64,000 bases of DNA from Ascidiella aspersa (taxonomy: Eukaryota), in the NCBI GenBank assembly GCA_963924565.1, contig OZ004607.1, positions 4,712,001 to 4,776,000 of the forward strand, written 5' to 3'. Positions 40,873 through 54,000 of this stretch are shown piece after piece; the first letter of the stretch is position 1, and each line of letters starts with the position of its first letter. Under the pieces are notes generated by a model. The model searched no databases, was not told where the DNA came from, and saw nothing but the letters and a program-made list of their open reading frames with translations. Made by a program: the position numbers and the translations under genes.

Positions 40873-41062
40873 CTTTGCAGAGGCCAGCATACGCAAGGCG
40901 TGGCGAGCAGCTCAACCGGCGAATCATCGGACACCTTCTGGAGGGTGTGTTGGGGGCGGGGCTCGAGCAGGTACTCGGTCAGGAATCCGCAAGAACTGGC
41001 GATCAAGAGTCGTTGCCTGCCTCCTCGCTGCTGAGAAGCGGGACCCTTCGCGGACGAACCTG
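40873..41062 (-). CDS. BCAS3: BCAS3 internal exon (most 5' exon visible)
   Basis: Encodes ...RQRLLIASSCGFLTEYLLEPRPQHTLQKVSDDSPVELLATPCVCWPLQR, matching human BCAS3 [47 protein letters not shown] (from memory). Donor AG|GTATAT, phase 2. The acceptor is ambiguous: exon start could be 41059, 41062 or 41075. Confidence 0.88.
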
Positions 41063-41217
41063 CTGGGAATGGAGTCTAGGTTTAGGACGAACGGGGGGAT
41101 TGGTTAATCAAGGGTTCGATACTTGAGGACGGTAATGAAAGACACACACACATATTGTCTATTACCAACTGTGATCTAGCCTCTCGGAAGCTGCTTTTTG
41201 ACCAACGACTAAAGTAT

Positions 41218-41440
41218 CATTAGTACACCGGAAGCCATGGCAGACTCGCACAATCTGTTGATCAATGATGCAAGCACTGCAGGATAGAAAAACAACTATA
41301 GCTTGTGGTGAGGTTCGAACTCACGACCTCCGACCATACTGGGACCGTCGTTTTACCAACTGAGCTACACAGGCTCAGAGAGGAGAGTCGGGAAACAACC
41401 TTACGCCAAAGCGTGCTACATTTTGTTAGTACAAAGGTAA
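41218..41440 (-). mobile_element. Inverted second copy of the tRNA-derived repeat
   Basis: Reverse complement reads GCCTGTGTAGCTCAGTTGGTAAAACGACGG...GTCGTGAGTTCGAACCTCACCACAAGC, with the same flanks. Confidence 0.8.
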
Positions 41441-41469
41441 GGATTCACTTAGAGAACCTTACTATCGAT

Positions 41470-41798
41470 TAGAGATCGACCGATGTCACTTTTCAGACCG
41501 ATACCCGATTTTTTTAGTTTTTGTCAACCGATATCGATGTTTCTACCTGTAATATAGTCAAAATTTGAACCAATTGAAAGGAAATCAAAATATCATTTTA
41601 GTTTATCTACCTATATGTATAAAAATAATGTTTTGCATGATATTAAACAAAACAATGCTTGCCAAAAAATAGGAAATTTGTTTGATGTTAAAGAAAAACT
41701 ATATCATATTTTCATAGTGAAATATCGGCCAACATTTGCCATATCGATATATCGCTAGAAGCAAAATATCGGTGAACCGGTGTATTGTTCTATCTCTA
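41470..41798. mobile_element. MITE with TAGAGAT termini and CCGAT/ATCGG subterminal repeats
   Basis: tagagatcgaccgat...ctatctcta with clustered CCGATA motifs on the left and TATCGG motifs on the right. Confidence 0.6.
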
Positions 41799-43039
41799 CT
41801 AACGACCGCCGTTTATGCATTTTAAATGCTCATTTGCGCCTTGTGTTAACTGTTTGTATCCGTCTTAAAACCCTGGATGTAGAATGCAGTTTTGTTTGAT
41901 ATTAAAAGTAACAGTGAAAGGACCTGGGCTTTGTGGCTATAAAGCATGCTTTTAGAAAACGGAGTAGCAGTATAAATAAATTATACGAAGGGGGCGCGAT
42001 ACGAACAGACGACTGTTATAAAATGGAGATTTGCACTCAAATGTTTAAAACGATGGGAATTGTTGGATAAGTTTGGTTCGAGTGGATAAAAAACTACAAA
42101 ATTAAGTTTTCGATTGATGTGCAGATAGGTAGATGTTGGCTGATTAAGGGGCGTGAAACGCGGAGTAAATGTTCAACTTGGTGGTTGATTGTTTAAAGTT
42201 TATAGAATGCATGTATGTTGCGTTCTGAGGGCAACAGGTAAACGGTATTGCTATAAATCTGTCTTCGTTTCGTTTCGCTACCCCAGGCAGGTTGACATGA
42301 CCAGAAAATCATTTTCCAATCAAGTCATGAATGTATGCTTTTTAATGCTTATAATTAGACTTTCCGCACTCCTAGCAATTTGCAATTGAAAATAAAGCCA
42401 TCACATTCCCATAAATCGCTATGGATAATAATTTTATATATATTAGCAAACCAAAGCTATTAAAATCCTCGTCGCCTATTACGCCAACGCTTAACACACA
42501 AAGCGTTCAAGTTAATTTCCCAAGCCAAGGTAAATTAGCTAGGTATATTTGGTAAGTGTCCTCAATACACAAGGCACCTTTTGTTAACCGACTCTTATGT
42601 GTTTTCCATAGTGTTGTCTAAATACTACATGCACGCCGCGTAGCTGCAATTATACGAAATATTGACACTCGATTATTCTTTCAAGTTCTGCTCCTCCTAA
42701 ACTCAAGAAATAAAAATGGCCGATTGTTGTTAAATAATTTAAGGATATTCACAGCGTGAGGCGACGAAATTGTGTCAAGGTATAACAGTACAAAATAATT
42801 ACAAAAAAGCGACATCATCACGTCATTTCCATTCGTTTCGGATGTTTCAAATACCTAGGTTTTTATGATGCCATTTTTTTCGCAAAAATATCATCGAATG
42901 TACAATGCCGAATGCGACACAGACAATTCGACACCCGTAAAAAATTAGCATTACCAAACGACGCTATCAGTCCACGAAAAGCTTATCGTTCAACTGACAC
43001 GAAGATTTGCCAAGGTGAGACAGATAACTTTTCAGAAAA

Positions 43040-43081
43040 ATTGACTGAAGATGATACAAGCTCGTATCGAAACGTCTTAAT
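43040..43081 (+). ncRNA. Minimal type-I hammerhead ribozyme motif (Penelope-like-element type)
   Basis: attga-CTGAAGA-T-GATAC-aagctc-GTATC-GAAAC-GTC-ttaat: intact core, 5-bp stem II, stem I attga/ttaat, GUC cleavage triplet and palindromic ACGT stem III. Confidence 0.72.
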
Positions 43082-43961
43082 CAAGATGACGTCGATCTAC
43101 TCGACCTTTTTGGCTTTGCAATTTATTACATTTGATTATTATAGGTAACGGTATAACGGGCGCGACCTTTTCAAAATCGACATGTGGACCCGAGCCATCA
43201 CGGAGTCGTGCAATTGCAAGTGTCAAACGTCTAGTGCGTTCACATCAGATGCAGAGCACAAGTCATGATGCCATTTAGCTCTGACAGCTTCTATGGCTGT
43301 CCTATACGACAACGCCCACATTTCAAAGGCAATGGAAGGCAGCACTTTTGGAAAAGGCACCTCTCGGCCATTCTGAATTTTGTACGTGGCTTTTCCACTT
43401 GGTATTGGATATCGGAAGCAGTCCCCAACAAAGTTAGCTCCTATTGATAAATTAGGAACACTCAACTTACAAAGAGCAAAATGTGATTCCAGGGCGGTGA
43501 AGCGCGTCAACAAGAAACGTTTTTATCAGTTTTACATTAAATGTAAATGAGTTTTTTTAAATAACCACTTATTTTTTTTATAATCCAAGCAGATAGATTC
43601 TATACCACTCTATCTTTTTAACATCTGATCACGTGGATGGCCTTATCTGCTATCGGAGACCTACCTTCTAATCGCCGCACACCCGGTTTAGATAGTGTAT
43701 CTCTCCACGTTTCCTTCTTTCTGACGTCTGCCTTAGCATTATATATACACTTACCATCAGTGACTTCTCTCTATGTTGAAAATGAATAAAGAGTTATTCG
43801 AAACGTTCAAAATGATACCTACTTCTGTATGGGCTTTGATATTCTTATTACGTCTTACTACAACCTCCAACCATTATGCTCCCAAGCAGATAAGAGTGTC
43901 AGCAAATTTCACTTGGTTTCCAGGCAAGGAATGACGTAAAAGGCTAGGTGACGCTCTAAGA

Positions 43962-44289
43962 CAGGGATTCTTGAAAAAAAATTTACCGCGGATCCCTTAA
44001 CTTTTTTTTGCTTCGCATGAACCAGGCAAGAATTTTAAGAGATGACGCCGTAATTTACGTCACAATATGAATGGACTTCTGAAATTTACTGTTTCTGGTA
44101 CAAAAAATGTAAAAGTGAAATGGAGCCTATAAATATATTGAGTGCATAAACGTTTGATTTTTTTTTAACTCTTTTATTTAAAAAATGACTACTTCTTTAC
44201 GCTAACATTTCAATTAGGCCCTCATTGACCCCCTGAAACTAGTTCACGTACCCCCAAGGAATTCATGAACCCAAGTTTAAGAACCCATG
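43962..44289. mobile_element. hAT-type MITE (same family as 57239 and 29116)
   Basis: CAGGGATTCTTGAA...TTTAAGAACCCATG; internal ccgcggatcccttaa and aactagttcacg shared with the other copies. Confidence 0.78.
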
Positions 44290-47200
44290 CTCTATAAGAT
44301 AAGACCTTTTCCTCTGTCGATGGGTTCTTGACGTGAAATTTCACGTCGAGTCATTCGGCGTTAAATGCTTGCTTCAAATGCAAATATGAAGGCGGCCGAG
44401 AAAGACATTTCACGTTGAAAGAAACGACTTTTCTTTAACGATTTTATTCATTGGAGTATAGTTCGATTCTTGCAGTGTGCTTAATAGTTAAATTTTTTTG
44501 ACAAAGTAACATAAAAGTACGAGCTTAACCTGACGCCATAATAAACCATCCATGGTGACGTAACTAAACTGCGGCCCGTGGGCCAGCCAGCAGTTTGAAT
44601 GTTATTGTAGACTAATTAAAAATAAATATAACCACGCAAAATTTTACTTAAATTGAAGTTAAACAACAATTCCATATAGCTCGCCACGATTTGTTTGGTT
44701 CCATTTGGGTTTACAAGAAAAAAACGCCTGACCCATCACTGGATTTACTTTTCGCTTTCGCACTTCCAACCACAGGACATACTTTACGTAATTAATCGCT
44801 TCTGGAAGTCGGTAAACGCGACATGAACGTAAAGTGTGATTTGCATTTGGCAGTAGAACAACAACAAAAAAAAACAGTCAAATGTCCATTGCAAACGAAC
44901 AAATTTACATCGCTTTTCATGGCGTTTATGAAAACTGGCCACGGGGTAAAGCAGAAATGCGCGATAATATACTTTAATACAGTGCTTCCCAACATTACGT
45001 TCTGAAATATTAAATGCGACACAACACATTTAAGCATTAAGTACGACATTATTGCATAAATGTTACGTAACAGTAATGCAATAATTTCCCGCTCTAATAG
45101 AAAACTGTAATATTTAGAAATGCTTCGCGACCCACTGGTCAGGAAGCACTGATGCTTTAATAGTTTATCCTGAGCTTTACCATTATATACGACTAGCTTG
45201 TTACAGTAGTTTGCACCACTGTGTTAAAAACGCTATTGGTTGACAAACGCAAAAAAGAACAAGGATTAAAGTTATGCCTATAAAAGAATCATGTTTAAAA
45301 CGTAAAGTAACCGCGATAGCGCAACACGTGATGGTTGGTGTCAGATAAGTTGAATGACGTGGTATTTTTGCAGAAAAAAAGCAACTTCGTCGGATGGCAG
45401 AAAAATCAAAACGAGAAATGCGGTTAGTCACAATCGATGACCTGCCAAGCGCGCACGTCTATTCACTTTTACATAATGCGCACATTATAAACGTGTGCGC
45501 GTGCGTCTGTGCGTGTGTCGGTAGGGGCATTTGCGCGAGAAGTAAAGCGCGCACACCCTTTCACACACACACGTGCCGAACGAAACAAAAGTCGGAGAAA
45601 CAATCGTTTGAAAAAAATTGATCCGACTTTTTTGCCCAAAATCCGGGTATCGGTATTGGAATAAAATGTCAAGCATCGGACATCCCAAAAATACCCAATA
45701 TCAAACCTGTATAACCACTATTTTGGGGTCTTGAAGTAGTGGGCAGCTGACAAGAGAGTATAAGCCAAAACCACAACAAGCAAAAAAGAACAGATTAATT
45801 ATGTGTCGTTGTTTTTTACAGTAAATTTTATTTTCGATTGCATTTTCAGAATAATACTTGTCTTGCATCTCTGCCAAGGCTGTTGAGTCTATGGAGCAAC
45901 AAAAATATCACCAAGGTTGAATCAATGATTTTGGTAAAAACAAACAAAAAAGGTAATAACACAAAAGCGATGGAAAGCGAGTTAACGCGGGGTCTGCTTG
46001 ATGTGCAATCATGGCGTAGTTTACAATACCTCTGCTGATGTATAATTCTGTATTCGTGCGCGCTACGACCGCTGCGTGCATTAATCACTACCAGCCGCGA
46101 TCGCGGATGCGTGCGCAATTAGGTAAGCGATGCAACGATAACGTACAGGTATGGCGCACTATACAAAGCCGTAACTCAGTATGTTTGCTGTTTTTAGCTT
46201 GTGACATACTGAGAAAATGAAACCAAACGACAGCACCCTATCCCTACAAAATGTTCCCCTAAAAAATGTGGAAAACTAATGCCAAGCCACCCTCATTACA
46301 CGACAAGGCAGCAAGTTAAAACCTTAATATCATCCGTTGGCCCTGTATGGTGTACATTCCAGTCTCCCATGTTTGCTCGACGGCCTCTACAAAAAACTCC
46401 AAAAGTGTCGCACAACAGCCTTTTAGATTATTTCTAGGCGGACAGTCTGAGAACCACTGCCATAGCTAGAATAAATGACGATCCAAAGGAAAAGGACAAC
46501 CTCTCGACCAGCCTGATGATTTTCTTTTGACATTACAAGTTCGTGTTGCGCTTAATGGCACGTACAAACTCCTTTGCTTTTTATAAGCGATGCAACAATG
46601 GTTCTCGGCTTTTTGGCACGTTTTCAACCCCAAATAACCTTATCCTTATGCTGTTTTGGCATATCGCGGTTTTTCGAGGCAAGTCAACCGAAAAAACATA
46701 GAACGAGTCGTTCCAACTTGAGAAGACATACGTCTCACAACGAGCAGGTAAAATGACAAATAGGGAGAATTTTTTCCCCTCTCATTGAACCCTATAATGA
46801 TAGGACATTTCTTCAAGCGTTCAAACAATTGGGTAAATATAGTTTGTCAATTCCTTAAGGACGATAAGCTGCGGCTATAGGTACCACGTATGGTGGCCTG
46901 TTTCTTTTCGTATTTCCTCAAGCAAAAGCAGATGGGCCCCGGCATAATTTGTCTTTTTGGTTCAACTGGTGGCACCTCATGGATACCATAGAGAGGGGGA
47001 GTTTGGGGGCGGCGAAACAAAAACATATAATCGTAACAGAATACTGGGTAAAAATTAAAAAAGGGGAATGAATCAGGTGGAAGGGGAAATTTTAGAGTTG
47101 TGTTTTGTGCAACAAGTATTTTTGTGTTCAGGTGTGTGCTTTAATTCTTCAGGGTTATAGGCTTGTGTTTTCTTGGGATTGTTTAGCGGAAGGTTTTGTT

Positions 47201-47819
47201 CTGTCATAAAAAGATGATTTACGCTAGACAAGGTGCAGCTATTCTTAGCAATTGGTGCAGCTGTTTCGATCAGCGTTGTCTCCCTAAACTGGGATGAGTC
47301 GCCGAACTGAAATTTATAAAATTTATATATAGAGTTAAAAAGAATGTCCGGTTCTGCTCGTATCGCCAGGTCTAAGAAAGACCGTATCTGAAGAGAAAAG
47401 TAGCGATAAGCTCTTGTTTCCAAAGCTAAGCGAATGTTCGACATGACACAATATCTTAAATATACTTTTTTTGCAGTTTTTAGTTAGTTCGTCTGGAGTT
47501 CGTAACCTCAAATTTTTTTTTTTTAATTTTAGGGGTCTAAAGGGATGCATTATTACTACCATTTTTTGTCAGTGCTGTTCGGCGAGGAAAATCACTCATG
47601 CGAAGAGGGTGACGGCAACGATTCTAACGCATCAGACAAAAGCGAAGAAGGTCGAATGTTCGCCGTGATTTTTCATAAATTATCGCATTGAAAAACGTTT
47701 CACTCAATATTTTGAGCCAAACTCGCATTAACCATAACACCAATAACGGCTGAAAATAAAGTCGGACTTGACAAACGCGCGTCCTGAATTAAAAGCCTCT
47801 TCGTTCCGCCTCTGACCAA

Positions 47820-48110
47820 AAATAGTCGCGGTGGCGTCGCGTGTCCTGTCGGCGCAAGGTCAAAGCGAAGAGCTGTCGTCACAAAACGTGACGTCACGCG
47901 CGAGCTCGGCCTTTGAGCGTGGGAAAGTGGGACGCGATTGGAATCGGAAACAAGGGATAAAGTCGGGCGGTCGAAGGTCCGCTAACCAATCGCGGGCGCA
48001 TCTCGTTTAATTGCGATTCGATGGCTTTCCAAATGCGACCACATTTGGAGATGCTCTCACGACGCGCTCCATTTCGTCGGATTTGGACTTGCAACGAGGG
48101 CATCCGGCCA
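47820..48110. promoter_or_regulatory. Candidate enhancer with a dense motif cluster
   Basis: Palindromic CGTGACGTCACG (CRE), CGTGGGAA (CSL/Su(H)), CGGAAA (ETS), GATAA, AGGTCA and CCAAT within ~150 nt. Confidence 0.45.
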
Positions 48111-48123
48111 TTAGCCTATAGAT

Positions 48124-48440
48124 CAGTTGCTCTCAATCGGGATGCCGCGGCACTCTAGGAGTCTAGGGTGCCATTTCTAACGCTCAAGAGTGCCGAGAAA
48201 TATTTCAAATTCTTTAGGATTCCACGTTTTTCTCCATTGATGAGCTTCTTAATACAAATTTTTGTGTACGATAAAAATGTCAATAATTAAAAAGATTTGT
48301 TCAACCTTGTTGCGCAGTTAATGTGCTGTTTTAATCTCGCGTATTGTAACGTTACAGTTAACCACTCAACAGCAAGGGTGCCGCGAACTATTTATAATTT
48401 CTGTAGGGTGCCGCAAGCCAAAAAAGGTTGCGAAACACTG
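48124..48440. mobile_element. hAT-type MITE (GGGTGCC family)
   Basis: CAGTTGCTCTCAATC...GGTTGCGAAACACTG, sharing tagggtgccatttctaa.gctc.aga with the 6845 copy. Confidence 0.78.
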
Positions 48441-50963
48441 GCCTAAGCTGAATGAGGCTTTTGCAGGACCATCGGGATTTAAGACCTGCTCAGCCAACGC
48501 TCTCATTCTATAGGATAAAAACAAATGGCCTGAATCGAAATTTCGCAAGAATGTCGTTCTTGAAGGCAAACAGCTAGTACTAACTCAATATGGATACAAC
48601 TTAATTATTAGGTTTTCAAAGCTTTATTTGAGCCAAACAATAACTGTTTTCTTTTTTTTCAGAAAGTGTCGTGTCCCCAAGGCTGTCCGATATTCGATGG
48701 GGACCGCTTGTTTTTCCCCTAAATTAAATTTGCAACAGGAAGTGACGTGGCGGAAGGATAACGCAAAAGGAGGAAGTATTGTAGTCCTGGGAAAAAGAGA
48801 ACATGTGCGTAGCTGTTGAACCGACATAGCGGTTGTGACATAACTTCGGTCAAAAACTACAAGCTCGTTTGATTTTGTAACGGAAACTCGCAATACAAGT
48901 TGTTTGTGACACGGCATTCTCGCTTTGCCTATTAGAGGTTTTAGAGATTGACCCGAACGCTCTTGCTTTATTCCAATTAGAAACTCCTAAAAGATTGTTC
49001 CTTTTCTTGTTTATCTAACTTTAGCGAACTGATAAAATTAACAGGGTACTTCACGCCTAGAGTGACAAATTTTCCCACGTACTGATAAAGGGAAAAACAG
49101 TAGGAGGTGTAAGTTCTGAAAATGAGCGATATATATTATCCGGGTTAACAATCGGTCAATTCTATAGTTACACTTCATTGAAAACGTACCCACTCTTAAC
49201 TTTACATGATTGGTAGTTTTACTCTCGACGATGAATAAAGCGGTGGCAATGTAGCTTTAAAACTATTTTTTGAGTGGCCACTATTAACCGCCGAAAGGTC
49301 CGTTTTAATGAGCGCAAATATGTTCTCTGTTTGTCGATAATTCTGTAATGTCACCGACTGCGTTGTTTTCCTTGTCTAATACTACTTTGTTGAATTACAT
49401 TCTGTTTGGACATCCTGATTTAATTTGGTCTGAATCTCTCATTTTATTTAACGCTGTACATGACTTTTTGTTAGCTTCTCGTAGATTTTGATGCAATTTC
49501 TTTCCAGTGTCCAGCATTAATTTATTACGTGTTGTTCCTTAAAATTGTTTGTTACTCGCTGTAATTGTTGTCGCGACAAAAGGTTTTCTTCAGTCGTAAG
49601 ACTGCCACCTGATTGTCGTTAAATCAATAAAAAAAAAAAAAAACTATTTTTTCAACAGGTGGCCGTGTTAAACGAAAACTCATCAATATACGTAAAGCGC
49701 CATTCACAAATTCGACGGTGGGATGTTGTAGTGCTGCGTGATCGGTATCAGGCAGATTCTATTGCACAAAAGCAAACCTACCAAGAGCAGAAGTCTTGCG
49801 CTGGAAGTGGTTTTAAACCGGTAACAGGAAATCCCGCAAGCTGTTCACGTTTTGACGAAGAGGTAGCATTTTGCTTCAGTCAACAACGAAAATAGATCGA
49901 ACCAACGAAACGAAAAAGCGTGGGGTAGCGGCAAATACACAGATCGTTTCCGGGTTGTTCGGTACAATTCCAGCGGCTGCTAAACGATTCAATTGAACAA
50001 GAAGCGAATCGAAAACAGAAATGACCAACCCCATATTTAGGCAATTTTAAATAAGACAAGGTTTAGCAAGGGAAATGCGACTGCAGCCTAACGTAATTAG
50101 ATGTTGATGCCATAATTAGATGTTGATGCCATTACTTTCTAAAACAAACCAGTGGTTGGTCGTTTTACTTCAAAACTAAATAAGAAATATAGGATAATTC
50201 ACGATTTTAAAGCATTTTGATTCTTATTGGTTACTTCCGCTATTAGGTTGTCTGATTTTCACTAAAGTTTTAATTATACTAACCACCAATTAAACACAAT
50301 TGTCTCATACAAGTCGTTTTTGATATCTGTCGAAATAGATTTTTCCAATTCCGATATAAAACAATTAGATAATGGGAAATACTTCAAACAATTGCCAAAT
50401 TTTTCACAAAGAAGATGTTTAGCAACCGGAATTTTGTTTATCTACAGAAAATGTTATAGGTTTAATGAAGCCCAACTGCAAGCTCTTTTTACACTACAAG
50501 GTTTTATTAAATGGCCTGTGTGCATTGGTGCATACTGAACGTTATCATATAGTGTACGTGCGGGTATTTAAGCAGGTATCAGTCATACCACGCCTTGTGT
50601 TACAATCGTGCGATAACACGGCTTAGCGCTTCCTCATATATGCGGACAAAAAGTAAAAGTGTTTTTCAAGCCTCCTATAAGGAATCGAACTCTATATGAC
50701 GTCCGTATTGTTCATTGCATAAAACTCCAAAAAGGGGCGTGGTGCTTAAAATGCATGTGAAATTTTCGTTTTCAAATTATTCGGTCTCGGACAAACGCCA
50801 TATAAGAATAAAAAGCTACTGACCTATAACCTCACATACTTTTTGTTACAATACCCAAGATGGTATTTCAATATACAATGCTCTGTTTTGTTTACCAGAA
50901 AATATGTACTACGGGCTGTATACAGAGCAGCCCCCGCGTTTTACGTTCCTAGCCATTATAAAG

Positions 50964-51467
50964 CAGTGTTGTAATGACTTAAATCAATCACTCGACTAAA
51001 ATGCATTTAAGTCGCTGTTTTCAAATCACTTGACTTGACTTAAGTCGTTTAGGAAAAATCACTTGACTTGACTTAAGTCGTTTAGGAAAAATCACTTGAC
51101 TTGACTTAAGTTTTTAGCCAAATGACTTAACTTAGACTTAAGTCATTGTGACAAATTTTTTTTTATTACAAAAGTCAACTATTTATTTCAAGTTTTGCAA
51201 TTAAAACGATTAGGTCGCTAAATGTTATTTTTTGTTATTTTTTATTTCAGTTATTGCTCATAATCGGAAGAGTTTACCAATTTAATCGTTTTATTATTAT
51301 ATTAGTAGTTTTAGTTGTACATGACTTGCTATAACAATGACTTGACTTGAGCAACTAATGACTTTGACAGGGACTTGACTTGCTGCTTTTTGCAATTACT
51401 TAAGGATACCTAAGTCATTTTACAAATGGACTTAAGTCATTTCACAAATGGCTTGTTTACAACACTG
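50964..51467. mobile_element. TIR element with internal GACTT/AAGTC arrays
   Basis: TIRs CAGTGTTGTAA...TTACAACACTG and many GACTTGACTT repeats. Relatives at ~27330-27712 and a fragment at ~5655-5697. Confidence 0.82.
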
Positions 51468-54000
51468 CCAAAAAGTTTACAACTAGAAGTGAATTTGGCA
51501 GCACTTAAAGCGCGTTGTGGAATGGCAGACGAAACACGCTGAAGGGCGCTAATGAAATTCGGAAACCGCCGCAATTCAAAGCACGGGCTAATAGCACATT
51601 TCATCGTATTGGCGTCTGAGGAAAAGCAAGCCATCGGGTCAGGCCCTCGTAAATTTGACCGTAAAGCTAGCGTCATCGGACAGAAAAAGGTTAAAACACA
51701 ATCGAGTTACGAGTGATTTTTATACGCTACCCCCCTGTCAGAAGATTTCTGTCAGACGAGCATTTCGCGAGCTTACAGAGTAAGTTGATCAATATGGACT
51801 CCTGTCCAGTGGCCAGCTATTTTCCACACGTTGAATCTGATGTTACGACACTGACCTGAACTGTACGGAATGCGCTTGTGGACTTTTCGCCTCATCGCGG
51901 TAAAAACATTGAAACAGTTCTGGAGAAAAGAAGTCCACGTGCATTTTTTTAAAGAAAAAATAAAAAACTGGAACCATCATGTTGCATCGAAATTAAACGC
52001 CAGACATAACCTTTCACAAATAATGTTATTCTTTTCCGGCAAGTAGGGTCTTTTATTATGACATACCACGTACTATCGTACAAGTTTTCTTGTCGTGCAG
52101 AAAGGCTATCAGTATGTCCAAAATGTCAATTTTTAGAAATTTACCAAATGCCACAAACTACAACAAAACAGAGGCCACAGTGAGATATTAACTTTACTAT
52201 TTTGCAATAAGGGCCTGCTGGTTGTGTTATCAGTTTGGGCCAGTGACAGAAAGTTTTTTTGAGAACACATTTTTAGTTTGTTAGGTAATTCGGATAAACG
52301 TATATTTAAACACTCAGCAAAAAATATATATATAGGTGACTTTTCTGCAAAGGAAATGAAATTATATTACTGTACATGGTTTTCCACAAACAAATACCGA
52401 GCAACTGATTTCTTATCATAAACTGTCAATGTTTATACAAGGTGAAACGGGTTTGATTTTGTTCCTTTTTTCTTTCACGCGAAATTGCAAAACCCCCAAA
52501 GTGTCCCGGTGGATAAACACAAAAGCTGCAAGCCGACAATTTTGTGGCGAGAAAAATTGTGCGACAACGCGCTCTCAGGCAAACACAAACATTTAGGATG
52601 TGTATGTGCGAGGTAAATTCTCTTCACACATATAATGTGCGCTATAGACGCAAATGTAAAGGACACATTTTCTCGATTCAGTGGTTTGTTGTTATGTAGG
52701 GCCACAACGAAAAAACGCACTTCAGTGTTCGCGCTTAATCCGAATAGCACGCATTAACCTTTTTGCCCGACCGTTTGAGAACCGCAAAGGGCGCGAGTAC
52801 AAAAATATGGCGCTTTCTTTGCGGCAAGAAACACGAGAGAAAGCTGCCAGACGAACTTCAAATTTGAACAATAACACCGGGACGCCTCTCGAGATGGTTG
52901 TAGCGTTGCTTGCGCAGTCAAGCGCGACAACCAATGAGTTTTAAATCGCTCTATTCGACATTCGCTGGAAAGCATATAAACTACTGCATTTTTTTGAAAG
53001 CGTTAACCCTTTTTTACATTAAATTTGAAAACCTAATTTTTTTAAACGTTTCTATGATATGTGTTTTTCGAATGTTTCACCACTGTCTTAATAAATCCAA
53101 TTAGGTCGAAAGATGTATCACCTATTAACAATGCATTTGTAACGCTTGAAAAGATTTTTTCGGACATTTTAAAACAAACCGTATACAATTGTAAGCGATC
53201 CGAGTTGAAAATCATTTTCATGTCTTGGAACTGTCCTTCTCAAAACAGGGCCATTTTTGCGTTGAGAAGTTTGTTATTAGTATCACTTGGCAGATTCGAG
53301 CAGAGTTGGTCAACTAGATATTTCTAGTTTTCTAATTCAGTGAGGGCAAAATGCGACTAAATCTACGTCTAATCTACTTTGTGAATTGCTTGGGTGCTCT
53401 AATTCTAGTTCTAAACTAGTCGGTTTTCCCCGAAAATGATGTCCAGCGGAATTGTTAGTCTCTCAGCCAAAACAAAGAATTTAAATTAACCATTTGGTTG
53501 GAACGACTTTTGGGTAATTTTTACAGGCTGAAAGCATAGGCTATGCTAAAAGGCATAACAACAGCACACCTATATATACCATTCAAATTCTGTTAGAATA
53601 ATTTGGATTAAATTGAATTGATTGTGAACATATAAATGCAGCCTAATTGTAATTCAAATTCTAGTTAAAATTCGAATTCGATAGCTCTAATTTGAATTTA
53701 ATTCAAGAAAACTAAAACGATCTAATTCTAATCTAATTTGAAAAAATAAAATGCTCTAATTTTAATTCAAATGTAATTTTTAAAAGCTAAAAAAACTATT
53801 TGTCCTAGTCTGGATTTAAGGTCTGGTGATGAACTCCAACATAAAACTACATGGCGCTCAGCCTATGCTTATCTTACAACTTTAATGAATAAGTTAGAAA
53901 AGTCTGCAACTTAACATCATACGGTACGCTACAACTTATTAAAAAAACAAACAAGTTGAGAGCAAAAACGCACTATGTCGAGTCATCGACAAAACAGCTT

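Noticed and set aside
47073-47444. 123-aa minus-strand ORF as a BCAS3 5' exon or transposon protein
   Set aside because: No similarity to BCAS3 or to any motif I recognise.
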